A DNA stretch of 64,000 bases from Octopus vulgaris (Eukaryota), in contig OX597833.1 of NCBI GenBank assembly GCA_951406725.2, positions 66,836,001 to 66,900,000 on the forward strand. Reading direction: 5' to 3'. Below are positions 1-12,828 of the stretch, piece by piece. Position numbers and translations under genes: made by a program. How positions within the stretch are numbered: the stretch's first letter is position 1; each line of letters opens with the position of its first letter. The notes beneath the pieces are model-generated. The model did no database searches and was not told the origin of the DNA. It saw nothing but the letters and a program-made list of their open reading frames with translations.

Positions 1-446
1 GTGGTGATCTTGAAGAATCCTTAGCAGACCGGGAACGGTTTTTTTAACGGCATCTCGTCCGTCTTTACATTCTGAGTTCAAGTTCCGCGAAAGTTGAATT
101 TGCCCTTCGTAATTTCTGGGTCGATAAAATAAGAACCAGTTGAACAATGGGGCTGATGTAATCAACTTACCCGTCTCCTTTGAATTGCTGGCCTTGGGCC
201 TAAATTTCAAACCATTGTTATGAAGTCGGTTAGCTGTCCGAATCGTTATCGACTCCAGAAAAATACTTATCCGCATTTCACTCGTCCTTACGTTCTGAGT
301 TCAAATTCAGCCGAGGTGGACTTCGTTTCTCATCCTTTCGGGGACAATAATATAAGTACCAGTTATTTACGGGGTTCGATGTAATTGATTTCGTGCCACC
401 CAACCCCCCCCCCGCCCATAATTTCAGGCCTTCTGAGTATACGAGA
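1..446 (+). mobile_element. Two degenerate head-to-tail copies of tRNA-derived SINE family A
   Basis: B-box-like GAGTTCAAGTTCC/GAGTTCAAATTC followed by the family body (catcctttcgggg...ataagtaccagtt...ggggttcgatgtaat); matches the younger copies at 3908-4632. Confidence 0.75.
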
Positions 447-562
447 TGGTGATAAGATAGCGATAATGATGTTTTTTTTTATTTCGATAATATAAATGTT
501 TTACTAAACATATGCAGATGCACGTAGAATTAAATATATGTTTGTATAAATGTATACATGTG

Positions 563-570
<8 letters not shown>

Positions 571-598
<28 letters not shown>

Positions 599-778
599 TG
601 TATGTATGTATGTATGTATGTATGTATGTATGTATGTGTGTATGTATGTATGAATGAATGTCTGTATACATGTATATCATTACGTATCTATCTAAAAATC
701 TCTCTATGCATAGATACATAGATACATACATATATATATAGACGCATGTACGTACACGCAAATATTCATATAGACATA

Positions 779-829
<51 letters not shown>

Positions 830-881
830 ATATATATATATATATATATATAGATAGATAGATAGATATGTATATGATTCT

Positions 882-914
<33 letters not shown>

Positions 915-1105
915 TTATATGTGAGTATATATTTAATTTAGATATACATTTTCTATTTATATACATACAATACGTATAGACTGTGTATGTTTGTATGTAT
1001 GTATGTATGTATATATATATATATATATACATACATACACACTCACACACACACACATACACACACACATACACACACATATATATATATACATGTGTGT
1101 GTGTG
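571..1105. repeat. Compound (TATG)n/(TA)n/(GATA)n/(CA)n microsatellite region
   Basis: Directly visible SSR runs. Confidence 0.95.
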
Positions 1106-1227
1106 TATTTACAAACACAGATAGGGGAGGGGTGACTCACAGAGAAATATGCAAGGAGGGAATGTAGCGGAATGTTAAATCAGTTGGAAATTAAAACAAA
1201 AAGAATGCCAGAGATAGATAGATAGAT

Positions 1228-1278
<51 letters not shown>

Positions 1279-2054
1279 GATAGATATATCGATAGACAGA
1301 TAAAGAGACGAAGTTAAGTTTATCTAAATATATAAATAGATAAGTAGATGGATAGATAGATAGATAGATAAATAGATAGACAGATAGGTAAATAGATGGA
1401 TAGATCGATGAATAAACAGATAGACTGCGTGGGGGAGAAAGAGAAAGATAAATTTCAATTAAACTTAACAAGCATTCTAATTCCTCAGAGCGTTTTAATG
1501 GCGGTTGCAGTGTTCTAGCATAACAAGGAAATGAGATTTAAATATGGCTGACCATGAGACTATACATATTTATAGATAAACCATGCGGTTAGCTGTGTAA
1601 AATGAAACCATACTGCAGCGGAAAATATATAATTTAAATATTTAAATCGTGTTACATTAACCAACTGTCCCCGTGCCGCAACCATAGACATTTCAACTTC
1701 ACGTATACGCATACATGAACACGTTTATATGTATATTTACAACTATGTACGCACAGAAACATATAGACATATATATATATATACATATGTATTTGATGCT
1801 AGTTGTATGTATACAGAGGTATTTAAAACGTATTCAAATCTGCATGGAGATATGTGCGCATAGATATGTATCTCTATATGTAAATGTATACGTATGCATA
1901 TATACATAACCATGCATACTGACATATGTATTTGTATATATATGTGTGTGTGTATATATATATATAAATATATACGTGTTTGCATATATACATATACATA
2001 CATACATTTACACATATACACACACACACACGTTTATATATATATGTAGAAACT

Positions 2055-2129
<75 letters not shown>

Positions 2130-2217
2130 ATATTTATTGCTACCGTTGTGATATATGTTTTTCGAAGCTCGGGTATGACAATATGTTCATGTGCACACAC
2201 ACACACACACACACACT

Positions 2218-2297
<80 letters not shown>

Positions 2298-2811
2298 GAT
2301 AGACATACACACACACAAGCACATACTCTCTCTCTTTCTCACACACACATGTATGTTTATATGTATACATGTCGATTCAAGTTTAAAACTCTTTGGATAG
2401 ATTTCAAAATTAGCTGAGACGGAATCGGTATCTGTGTTCTTCGTAGCTATTTTGATCTCTCACATTCTCCTGAGAACCAATATCTCACTGATCGATTATC
2501 AATTAAATCACAATTAAAACGAAGTAAGTTAGCTCCTGGTTTTGTTGTAGTTGTTGTTTTCTTACTTGTCAGTTCTGATTGAAAAGAACTATGACCAGAT
2601 GCTTTCTAGCCGTGACCATCTCGTCTGACAAGAAAAATGTGCTGTCCAGAATAAAATTTAAAATAAATTTTGATAATCCGATGGACTTTATAGAATACAG
2701 ACGATTTGTCCTACACAGCAGAATCTAAAACGATTTACCGATTTGGATCTCATCATGAGAGAGTCTCATCATGCTTCTTGGAGAAGGCCATAATGTCTAT
2801 CCCGCTGCATT

Positions 2812-3865
2812 GAAGGCGGTGAACTGGCAGAATCGGAAAAATTGCGTTGCGGCATGCGTTCCGGCATTTTACATATTGAATTCAAATTTCGCGGAGGTAA
2901 ACAGTCTTTCAACCTTCCAGTGATCTTTCTACTCTAGGCACAAGGCTCGAAATTTTTGGGGAGTGGGGCCAGTCGATTAAATCAACCCCAGTATGCAACT
3001 GGTACTTAATTTATCGTTCCCGAAAGGATGGAAGGTAAAGTCGACTTCGGTGGAATTTGAACTCAGAACGGAACGTAAAGACATACCGTATACCTATTTC
3101 TTTACTACCCACAAGGGGCTAAACACAGAGAGGACAAACAAGGACAGACAAACGGACTAAGTCGATTATATCGACCCCAGTGTTTAACTGGTACTTATTT
3201 AAAATTCTTTATTGCCCAAAAGGGGCTAAACACATAGGGGACAAACAAGGACAGACAAAGCGACTAAGTCGATTACATCGACCCCAGTGCATAACTGGTA
3301 CTTATTTAATCGAACCCGAAAGGATGAAAGGCAAAGTCGACCTCGACGGAATTTGAACCTGGCATGCTAATGTTTCTGCCAGCTCGCCTCCTTGTCCTTA
3401 CAGTGTATTAAAACCAAAGTAGCAGTCACGCACTGGTGATGGTGCTATCGGCCAACTCGCCCCACTCCTCAAAAAACTGCTGACACTGTGATAAAACTAG
3501 AAGCTATCATTTTAAAGGTGTTAGATTGACAGAGACGTAAGAGTCACTGGTTCCACTCGCCAAAAATTTCGGGCCTTGTGGAAGAATATCTTGCATTTTC
3601 TTGTAAACCTTTGCGTTCTGAGTTCTAATCCCGTCCAGGTCAACTTTGAATAACATCCTTTCGGGATCGAGAGAATAAAGTATAAGTCAAAGTACTACTG
3701 AATATAACCTCGATTAGACCCTTTCCTTGAAAATTCTTGGCCTTGTGCTAAAGTCAGAAATGTAAAGTCAACCTCGGCTGAATTTGAACTCAGAATGTAA
3801 CGAGTTCGAAGAAATACCGCTAATGCATTTTGCCGCAGGTGCTAATGAGCCTGTTTCCTCACCTT
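2812..3865. mobile_element. Nested cluster of family A SINEs (older + copy interrupted by a minus-strand multimer at 2924-3393, plus further degenerate copies)
   Basis: Head aaggcggtgaactggcagaatc at 2812; minus-strand body units at 2924-3393 flanked by ccttccagtg/ccttacagtg (putative TSD); more body fragments to about 3865. Confidence 0.75.
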
Positions 3866-3907
3866 ATACCAAGTCAATAATGATGGAATCTTAATATGGT
3901 TTTTCTC

Positions 3908-4632
3908 AAGGCGGCGAGCTGGCAGAAACGTTGGCACGCCGCTCGAAATGCTTAGGGGTATTTCGTCTGCCGTTACGTTCTGAGTTCAAATTCCGCCGAG
4001 GTCGACTTTGCTTTTCATTCTCTCGGGGTCCTTAAATTAAGTAGCAGTTACGCACTGGGGTCGAAATAATCGACTTAATCCCTTTGTCTGTCCTTGTTTG
4101 TCCCCTCTGTGTTTAGCCCCTTGTGGGTAGTAAAGAAATAGGTATTTCGTCTGCTATTACGTTCAGAGTTCAAATTCCGCCAAGGTCGATTTTGCCTTTC
4201 ATCCTTTCGGGGCCGATTAAATAAGTACCAGTTACGCATTGAGGTCGATGTAATCGACTTAATCCGTTTGTCTGTCCTTGTTTGTCCCCTCTGTGTTTAG
4301 CCCCTTGTAGGTAATAAAGAAATATGTATTTCGTCTGCCGTTACGTTCAGAGTTCAAATTCTGTCATGGTCGACTTTGCATTTCATTCTCTCGGGGCCGA
4401 TGAATTAAGTAATAGTTACGCACTGGGGTAGTTGTAATCGACTTAAAACGTTCGTCTGTCCTTGTTTGTCCCCTCTGTTTAGTACCTATTTCTTTATTAC
4501 CCACAAGGGGCTAAACACAGAGGGGACAAACAAAGACAGACATAGGTATTAAGTCGATTACATCGACCCCAGTGCGTAACTGGTACTTAATTTATCGACC
4601 CCGTTTAGTACCTTGTGGGCAATAAAGAAATA
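3908..4632 (+). mobile_element. Family A SINE trimer (head + 3 x 184-bp units) with an antisense fragment nested in unit 3
   Basis: Head ggcggcgagctggcagaaacgttggcacgcc; unit starts (g/t)gtatttcgtctgc at 3957, 4141 and 4325; flanking aatatggtttttctc / aatatggtttgactc (TSD-like). Confidence 0.9.
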
Positions 4633-4939
4633 AATATGGTTTGACTCCTGTGAGGAATATGAACCAGTCTTCATTGACAGTAACATAAAATTATTTTAAA
4701 AAGGAAGTGGGGCACTTCTAATAGCGTAGTCCAAGATAGGCAATGCACAAGAAAATGATGATGTCTGAGGCACTATCAAGGCTTGACAACAACAACAAGA
4801 ACAACAACAGTAGCAGCAGCAGCACCACCAATAACAGGCTGCGTAATACAGCTGGTGAAAATCGTACAACAAGCACTCAAATACGGCGACGTTTAGCCTA
4901 AAACTGACGTAAGTTCACCTTCAGTTCGATTCCGAAACT

Positions 4940-5140
4940 GGGACAGAAATATATAGGAAATATAAAGATGCATGATCATTAGCCAAGAAAACTAATTAAG
5001 CCAAGCATAATCAATGCAAAGGCCAAACAATGGATAAACAATTCCGGATTAGAGGTAAAAATAGAAGGCCTAGATTTGGCAGCGGATGCGATCGATTCCA
5101 AAACAGTTGAAAACTTCAGAAGCAATATGGGAAACAAGAG
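4940..5140 (+). pseudogene. Degenerate R4/Dong-like non-LTR retrotransposon ORF fragment (region between RT and CCHC knuckle)
   Basis: Translates as [33 protein letters not shown]...ENFRSNMG, resembling the W-L-x(5)-ETEGxIxAAQDQxLxTRNY segment of REL-endonuclease LINEs (recalled pattern). Confidence 0.5.
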
Positions 5141-5149
5141 CGTATATAT

Positions 5150-5181
<32 letters not shown>

Positions 5182-5201
5182 CGTATATATATGTATGCAA
5201 G

Positions 5202-5233
<32 letters not shown>

Positions 5234-5264
5234 TGTATGTATGTATGTATGTATGTATGTATAC

Positions 5265-5297
<33 letters not shown>

Positions 5298-5343
5298 GAT
5301 ATATAGATAGATATATGTAGATATATACATACATTCATACATT

Positions 5344-5397
<54 letters not shown>

Positions 5398-5497
5398 CCG
5401 GACACCGATTACATTTGTAGGACGTTTAGTGTAATTGGAGAAACACAGACGAGATTTTAGCCAATCCTTATATTTCTAAAAATGGTTTGTACATATT

Positions 5498-5585
<88 letters not shown>

Positions 5586-5719
5586 CATATATATATATAT
5601 GAAGAGACAGAGAGGGAGAGATATTTTTGGTAGAATTGCGAGATATTGTTTTTTCCATTTTTTTCCATTTGGGTTATTCAACTATTGTATGACTTTCTCT
5701 CAATCGTGATATATTTTAC

Positions 5720-6394
5720 TCTTAAACAACGAGATGAGTCACATTGATCAAACTTCCCTTTTCTACCTCATTCTTCATGGATGGACTCACACAAATATAT
5801 AAGGATACCATAGATTCATCACTTCAAGCAAAAACTTATACTCTTTAAATATCATTTTTACTATTGTTGTTATTACCATCATCTTTATTATTTATGATAT
5901 AACACTCTGAAATGCAATTGTCTATGCAAATTTATATAATTAGAAAATAATATAAATAAAGTGTTAAAATCTGAAAGTTAAATTAACAAACAATTATATA
6001 AAAAAGATAATGCAAATGAAGCTAAAATGACAATTTTATAATTTGGGGTTTATCAGCAGCTTTTATTGAAGAACCCAAAAAAGTTGTCTCTCCTTATACA
6101 CAACACAGGAACTGAAGAACCACAATTACTACTACTTCCTGTTTTGCCAACATCCTAAATTAAACCAAACAACACATGGCCTTAATCCCATTGGATCCTA
6201 ATACCTCAAGGTAATTTTTTCATGAACTTTCATTAAACTCAAGATACACAACGAACTCGCAATGTATCGGAGTACTTATTTTTTAATTTTTATACATATT
6301 TACTACTATTATTCTTTTGCAAAAAACAATGCAACTTTTTTTCCCCTTTCTCATTTATAAATATATAGAGGTGAATTATTTCATTTTACTGAAG

Positions 6395-6471
<77 letters not shown>

Positions 6472-6960
6472 TTAGAGATAAAACCACTATTAGGCAAATC
6501 AAACAATGAAAAACATAAGTCATATATATATATATATATATTTGTATATATATATATATATATTTATTTATATTTATTTATTTATATTTCTTTACATTTC
6601 TTTATACCCCCTTTACATCTCCTTACAACTCTTTATATCTTTATCCTCTACATTTTTATATTATTCTATACTTACACTTTTTATACATTTTTTATCCCTC
6701 GTCCCGAACTCTCGCCCCTCCATCTTCACCTCTATATATGTATTTATTTATTTACATTACCTCAACATCCAATTTTCCTCATTCTACATTGAGATATATT
6801 CTATGCTGCTGCCGCATTATGTCGTACGTGAATGATATTTTTGATATAAGCTGTTGTGCGCGGCTGAAGAAGGCCACAGACATACATATATTGTTATAAA
6901 TCTAATAAAGGCCCGAAACATATGTATATATTCGCATCATGTTTTTATTTTATTTTGATC
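5720..6960 (+). mobile_element. Possible highly decayed Penelope-like element
   Basis: Weak RT-like traces (LPF.., HTNI*) near 5750-5830, TA-bounded segments, and a hammerhead-like motif at 6857-6936. Confidence 0.25.
6857..6936 (+). ncRNA. Hammerhead-ribozyme-like motif (type I, long stem II loop)
   Basis: CTGAAGA-A-GGCC..(long loop)..GGCCC-GAA-ACATATGT-A; palindromic stem III; stem I TGCG/CGCA interrupted by a TA insertion. Confidence 0.5.
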
Positions 6961-6983
6961 AATTTATATATATATATATACAT

Positions 6984-7084
<101 letters not shown>

Positions 7085-7664
7085 CATATGAATATATATA
7101 GTTGTGTGTGTGTGTGTGTGTTGAATTATGTGTAAATCCAACTGTACACATACAAGCGTGTAGAATGGGTGTGTGATGGTGTGTCTCTATTCATCTTTGC
7201 ATGCATAAATATGTACACACATGCATTCCCTTCACGATGTCTACTTTATTTCTTGTTTCAAATGCCAAAATTTCCATCGCCATCATACCTATTCGGTGAT
7301 GGCAGCTTCATTCTTTTTTTAAAGATATTTTTTATACTGGTGATGAAACCTAATTAGGCTCCGGATATATTATTTATTTTGATGCAAATTATTTATATGT
7401 ATATATATATATATATATATGTTCGTGTGTGTGTAAGTGTGTGTGTGAATCTGTCTCTCTGTGCCTGTGTTCGTGCCATCGCTTCTCGTGACCCCCACCT
7501 TTACATATACCTGATCATATCGATATACTTATAGATAGAAAAATAATGTTATCTGTTCTTATAAGATATCTCCATAATACTAAATACCATAAAGCACAAG
7601 AGATTTCTGCTTGTTTTTTAAATAACATATATCTAATCACTGCTCTATAAATCTACGTGTAAAT

Positions 7665-7741
<77 letters not shown>

Positions 7742-7989
7742 ATATATATATATTCACCTTTATGTGTGTAAATACGTATACATACTTAGATGAATTCAAT
7801 GTTTATTTTGCTCTTTCTGCGCCGTGTTACGCCAATTCCCTTATCAAATATTTTATTTTCTAATTATATTCCGTTTGTGTCAAATTGATATGAATTTTTG
7901 GGCCGTCTGATATCTGAAATTAGATGTCTTGGCATTCTACATACCTACACATGCATACATACACATACACACACACAGACAGACAGACA

Positions 7990-8051
<62 letters not shown>

Positions 8052-8096
8052 AATAAATATATACATATATATATATATAAATATATATATTTATAC

Positions 8097-8127
<31 letters not shown>

Positions 8128-9436
8128 TATACATATATATTTATGTGTATACATATATATTTATATATGTGTATATATATAAACATATATATATATATAT
8201 ATAGATACATATATATGTTTGCGTTTGTGTGTTTAAAACTATCTATTCCCACACTGACAGAGACTTAGGCACGCATACACACACATAAACACACACACAC
8301 ACTCAAACACAAACACGTATAGTTATTCGCGCACAGAAATATACATATATACATGCATTCGTACGTACATACATACATGTACACAAACACACACAGACTT
8401 ACATACATACATGCAAAATATGTTCACGTCTGCTCGGCTCCACTCTTGCCTTGTCTTACGTTGAGTCCCACAATGAGAAACTTAGAGAGAGAGAGGAGGA
8501 GGAGGAGTAAGAAAGACACAGAGAGAGAGTGTTTGTGTGTGTATGTGTGTGTGTGTGGGGGGGGGCACGCATACACTCTCTCTCTCTCAAACACACATAC
8601 ATACACGCACATATATATTTCTATACGCATGTTCAAATTCATGCACAAATACGCGTATGCACACAAACACATACACACTAGCGCAAACATATATATGTGT
8701 GTGAGTATGTGTGTGTGTATGTACATATGTGTGTATGTATATGTATATATGTATGTGTTTATAATGATTTGATTAAGTGCAATGAAATCATAACCTATAT
8801 GTCTGTTGTGAGGTATATTCGACCATTATATAATGTACTCCAGGTGGCGTTGTCCGTGAAGTCTGTGAAGTAGATATAATCACATAATTTTCGTGGTAAC
8901 CAGTAATTCCCGGAAAAGTGGGGATTATCCCTTGGTTCCGTTCTCATAATTATTTCGCTAATCCAGTAACAACAATACAAAGTACGTTACCCTTAAAAAG
9001 GTTTTTGTGCATTTATTGAGAATACCTAACTGTCTTACACAGGGATTCCCAATAAGTTATGAATTCTCAAATGGTGAAGTCAGTTATGTAATAACATGAA
9101 ATTACTTACCCGATGGTAAGAATTCTAATAAATTAGGGTTTCAATGCGTTCCCAGTGTATACAGAACTTAGAAGGAAATACTAATAAGGTATGTATACTA
9201 AAATCGTGGAGGATGTTTCGTAGTAACAGGCTACTCTAATATGAGATAATAACAATTCAAATAACTCTGGAAAGGGCTTTTGTGTGTTCCCAGAGAATAT
9301 TACCCTCAGCGGCGCTAGTGTCGGAATATTCGTGAATAAGTAACTAACCGAAATAAGTGGACCTATAGTTTACATATATGTGTGTATGTATATATATATA
9401 TACATACACACATATATGTATATGTATGTGTGTATA

Positions 9437-9518
<82 letters not shown>

Positions 9519-10119
9519 CAGACATATCCCCGCTCAGAAGCAAATACACACACACATAATTATTGGGTTTCTACTCTCGCCACAAGACTCATAGTTTGGT
9601 GGAAGGGTTCAGTTGAGCACATCGACCCCAGTATTCTACTGGTACTGCTCTCAAGCAGTGCGAAAGATTGAACGGTAAAGACGGCGTCGATAAAATTTGA
9701 ACACACACACACACACACGCACATAAACACACTCACATTATACACACACATACACATGCACACACGCACACATAAACTCACGCACACTCTGACACAAAGA
9801 CTCACTGACACATTGACACACTGACACAATGACACACGCACACAAACGCATACACACACACACATAAAGACACTCACACAAGACACACGCAAACACATGC
9901 GCGCGTACACACACACACACTCACACACTGACACAATGACAAATTGATACACGAGCACAAACACATAAACACACACATAAACACAGTCACACACTCAGAC
10001 ACATAAACACACTCTCACACACACATATAAACACAATCCCACCCTCACTCATACGCACAAACACACACCCACACACTCACACACACATACACATATATTA
10101 TCAATTCATTCTTAACGAA

Positions 10120-10262
10120 TATCTGTGTTCAAAATCCTCCGAGGTTGACGTTGCCCTTCATCCTTTCAGGGTCAATAAATTAAGTACCAGTTGCGTACTG
10201 GGGTAGATCTAAAATTTCGGGACTTGATCCAAAATTTCGGTGCCTAGAGAAGAAAAGATCCT
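10120..10262 (+). mobile_element. Family A SINE fragment with alternative (type B) tail
   Basis: gaggttgacgttgcccttcatcctttcagggtcaataaattaagtaccagttgcgtactgggg...aaatttcgg...tgcctagaagaaaag. Confidence 0.75.
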
Positions 10263-10682
10263 TAAAGAACGTCAGAAGGAAAAATCGTAAAACCGCAGAA
10301 TCACAACCCATTTCCCCTTTATATATTCCTCCTCTCACATCGTCAACCCCACCTCTCTCTTTCTTTCTCTCTCAGTCTATCTATCTCACCTGTCCTTCAC
10401 AGCACAAAGCAGCTCCTTCTTCCTCTCTTCGACCGACACCTTTGCCAGGCTCCCTCTAATAATACAAACCACAACATAAAGAAGTCATCAAATGTCTATT
10501 CTCTTGTGTGTCTCTGTTTTTGCTCTTTTCCTCGCAAAGTTTCTAATTAGAATTCCGGTGTTGCTTATGTTTTCGTTTCGCAGACAACCTCAATTAACAC
10601 CAGAAAACGATGGCGTTGTTAAATTCTATCATTTAAATATTTCTGAATAGCAGAGAACATGAGAGAAGAAAATATCGCAGAG

Positions 10683-10684
10683 TA

Positions 10685-10734
<50 letters not shown>

Positions 10735-10762
10735 TACTACTAATACTACCACCACCACCACC

Positions 10763-10855
<93 letters not shown>

Positions 10856-10877
10856 ACTGCTACTGCTGCTACTACTA
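10683..10877. repeat. Compound trinucleotide repeat (CTA)n-(CCA)n-(CTA)n-(CTG)n
   Basis: Directly visible. Confidence 0.95.
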
Positions 10878-10982
10878 CATATGGTTGTCATACGTGTGCC
10901 TGGTGTACCCTTATCAGACGAGTAGTTATGACGGGCATACTGGGCATCGTATATTTACCCCACTGTCACTTTGATGTCACTC
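10878..10982 (+). mobile_element. 3' end fragment of a (TAA)n-tailed non-coding element (paralog of 12708-12828)
   Basis: Aligns by eye with 12708-12828 (catatggttgt...gtgcctggtgtacccttatcagacg...gtcactttgat...tcactc) and is followed by (TAA)n. Confidence 0.8.
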
Positions 10983-11029
<47 letters not shown>

Positions 11030-11031
11030 TG

Positions 11032-11067
<36 letters not shown>

Positions 11068-11070
11068 GTG

Positions 11071-11104
<34 letters not shown>

Positions 11105-11244
11105 TAATAATAATAATAATAATAATAATGATAATAATAATAATAATAATGATAATAATAATAATAGTAATGATAATAATAATAATAATAATAATGATAA
11201 TAATAATAATAATAATGATAATAATAATAATAATAATGATGATA
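10983..11244. repeat. (TAA)n/(TGA) microsatellite, apparent target of the Dong-like insertion
   Basis: Directly visible. Confidence 0.95.
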
Positions 11245-11883
11245 ATGCCTGAATGGCTCACGAAGGGGAAAACCATCTTAATTCCCAAATCAAATGAAAG
11301 AGAAAAACCAGAAAACTACAGACCAATAACCTGCCTCCCTACTATGTTCAAGGCATTTACTGCAGTGATATCGCAAAGGCTGAACAAGCACCTGGACGAA
11401 AACAAACTGTTCCCAGAAGAGCAGAAAGGATGCCGCAAGGGCTCATATGGCTGTAAAGATCAACTAATGATTAATAAAGCCATAACTGAAGAAAGCCACA
11501 GAAAGAAGAAAGGCCTCAGTATGGCCTGGATTGACTACAAAAAGGCGTTTGATAGCATCCCCCACACATGGATCCTCGAAACACTAGCCATTAACAAAGT
11601 AGCACCAACAATCATAAAATTCATAGAGCACTCTATGAATAAATGGCAAACAGTCCTACACCTCCAAACAAAAGAGGGACTCATGAAAACCAAAGACATC
11701 CCCATTAGAAGAGGAATATTCCAGGGAGACACGCTCTCTCCACTCCTTTTCTGCTTGGCACTGTCACCTCTATCTGATATGCTAAATAGAACTAGATGCG
11801 GATATAAATGTTACGGCAAAACGATCAGCCACCTTTTATATATGGATGACCTAAAACTATACGCTGCAAATACCGGCAGATGA
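11245..11883 (+). pseudogene. Reverse transcriptase fragment (open frame, ends just after YMDD)
   Basis: Non-repeat part of ORF 11026..11883; the poly-Ile N-terminus is only the TAA array read in frame. Confidence 0.9.
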
Positions 11884-12225
11884 CAACGTGTCTCTAAAAG
11901 AAATGGAGAAACTCTCAAAATACAAAGACCTGGAAATAGAGATAACTAGAATGTGGAACCTGAAAACAGAAACAATTCCTATCATAGTAGGTGCATTAGG
12001 CATGATAAAAAAATATTCAGACAAATACATAACAAAAACACCAGGACTTACAAACACATATAACATACAGAAAATTGCACTACTAGGCACTGCACACATC
12101 CTACGCAGAACACTTTCCATACAATAACCATCAGAGCATCACAACAAATCACAGCACATACCCAAGGCACACAGAGCTGCGCTCGGTAGTGAAGTGAAAG
12201 CACGCTATAAAAATAAAACTACTGA
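11245..12225 (+). mobile_element. 5'-truncated, internally deleted R4/Dong-clade non-LTR retrotransposon
   Basis: RT motifs (YRPITCL, EQKG, AWIDYKKAFDSIPH, RRGIFQGDTLSPLLF, HLLYMDDLKLY) at 11245-11871 joined out of frame to the REL-endonuclease C-terminus (IPADDNVSLKEMEKLSKYKDL...IPIIVGALG...IQKIALLGTAHILRRTL*, 11870-12127); ~100-bp 3'UTR; (TAA)n on both sides. Confidence 0.92.
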
Positions 12226-12234
12226 ATAATAATG

Positions 12235-12292
<58 letters not shown>

Positions 12293-12294
<2 letters not shown>

Positions 12295-12828
12295 GTGGCT
12301 CTCATGGCTTCTGATCTTAACTGATTGGAAGTGTTATCATGTACATTGTTTTGTCTTGGTATAAAAGATGGACTTCAGCAAATATTCTGCTCAATACCAC
12401 AGATTTGCTTGTCAGTTGTTTGACCTTAACCGGTTGACCATGTCCCTCACTGGCTGATAATATGTGCATCTCTGATCATGAGCAGAAGTAGTGGGGGAGC
12501 AACATAGCCACGTGTTGAGAGGGATCCTTTGGGATTTGAATAATTCACCTCTGGAAACATGGGTGTTTCGTTCAACACCCTTAAACAACCCATATTCAGG
12601 GACCTTTTGAGCGGGATGGGCTACTCAACCTGAAGAAAATTCTAACTGGGCCCCCACCTGCAAGGTCATGCGCTCTTTATCTTGATATGAGGTCAGCATG
12701 TTGCACACATATGGTTGTGATGCATGTGCCTGGTGTACCCTTATCAGACGGGTAGACATGATGGGTATACTGGGCTTCGTATATTTTACCCCAGTGTCAC
12801 TTTGATGGTATGCACTGCTCTCTCACTC
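12293..12828 (+). mobile_element. ~535-bp non-coding element bounded by (TAA)n (long 3'UTR of another Dong-like family, or a Dong-dependent SINE)
   Basis: TAA arrays at 12225-12292 and 12829-12894; its last 120 bp are duplicated at 10878-10982; no long ORF. Confidence 0.6.

Noticed and set aside
3957-4480. Regularly spaced repeats as a CRISPR array or satellite
   Set aside because: Units are contiguous 184-bp SINE bodies with no unique spacers, in a eukaryotic context.
5400-5460. GIY-YIG-like VIGETQTRF peptide
   Set aside because: Too short and immediately terminated; could be chance.
9210-9250. Minus-strand GTAG/CTAC-GAAAC hammerhead-like half (also CTGAGGAAGCCC at ~55190)
   Set aside because: Only half of the catalytic core is recognisable in each case.
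10560-10650. Acceptor-like ttttcgtttcgcag
   Set aside because: No sustained frame or donor site downstream.
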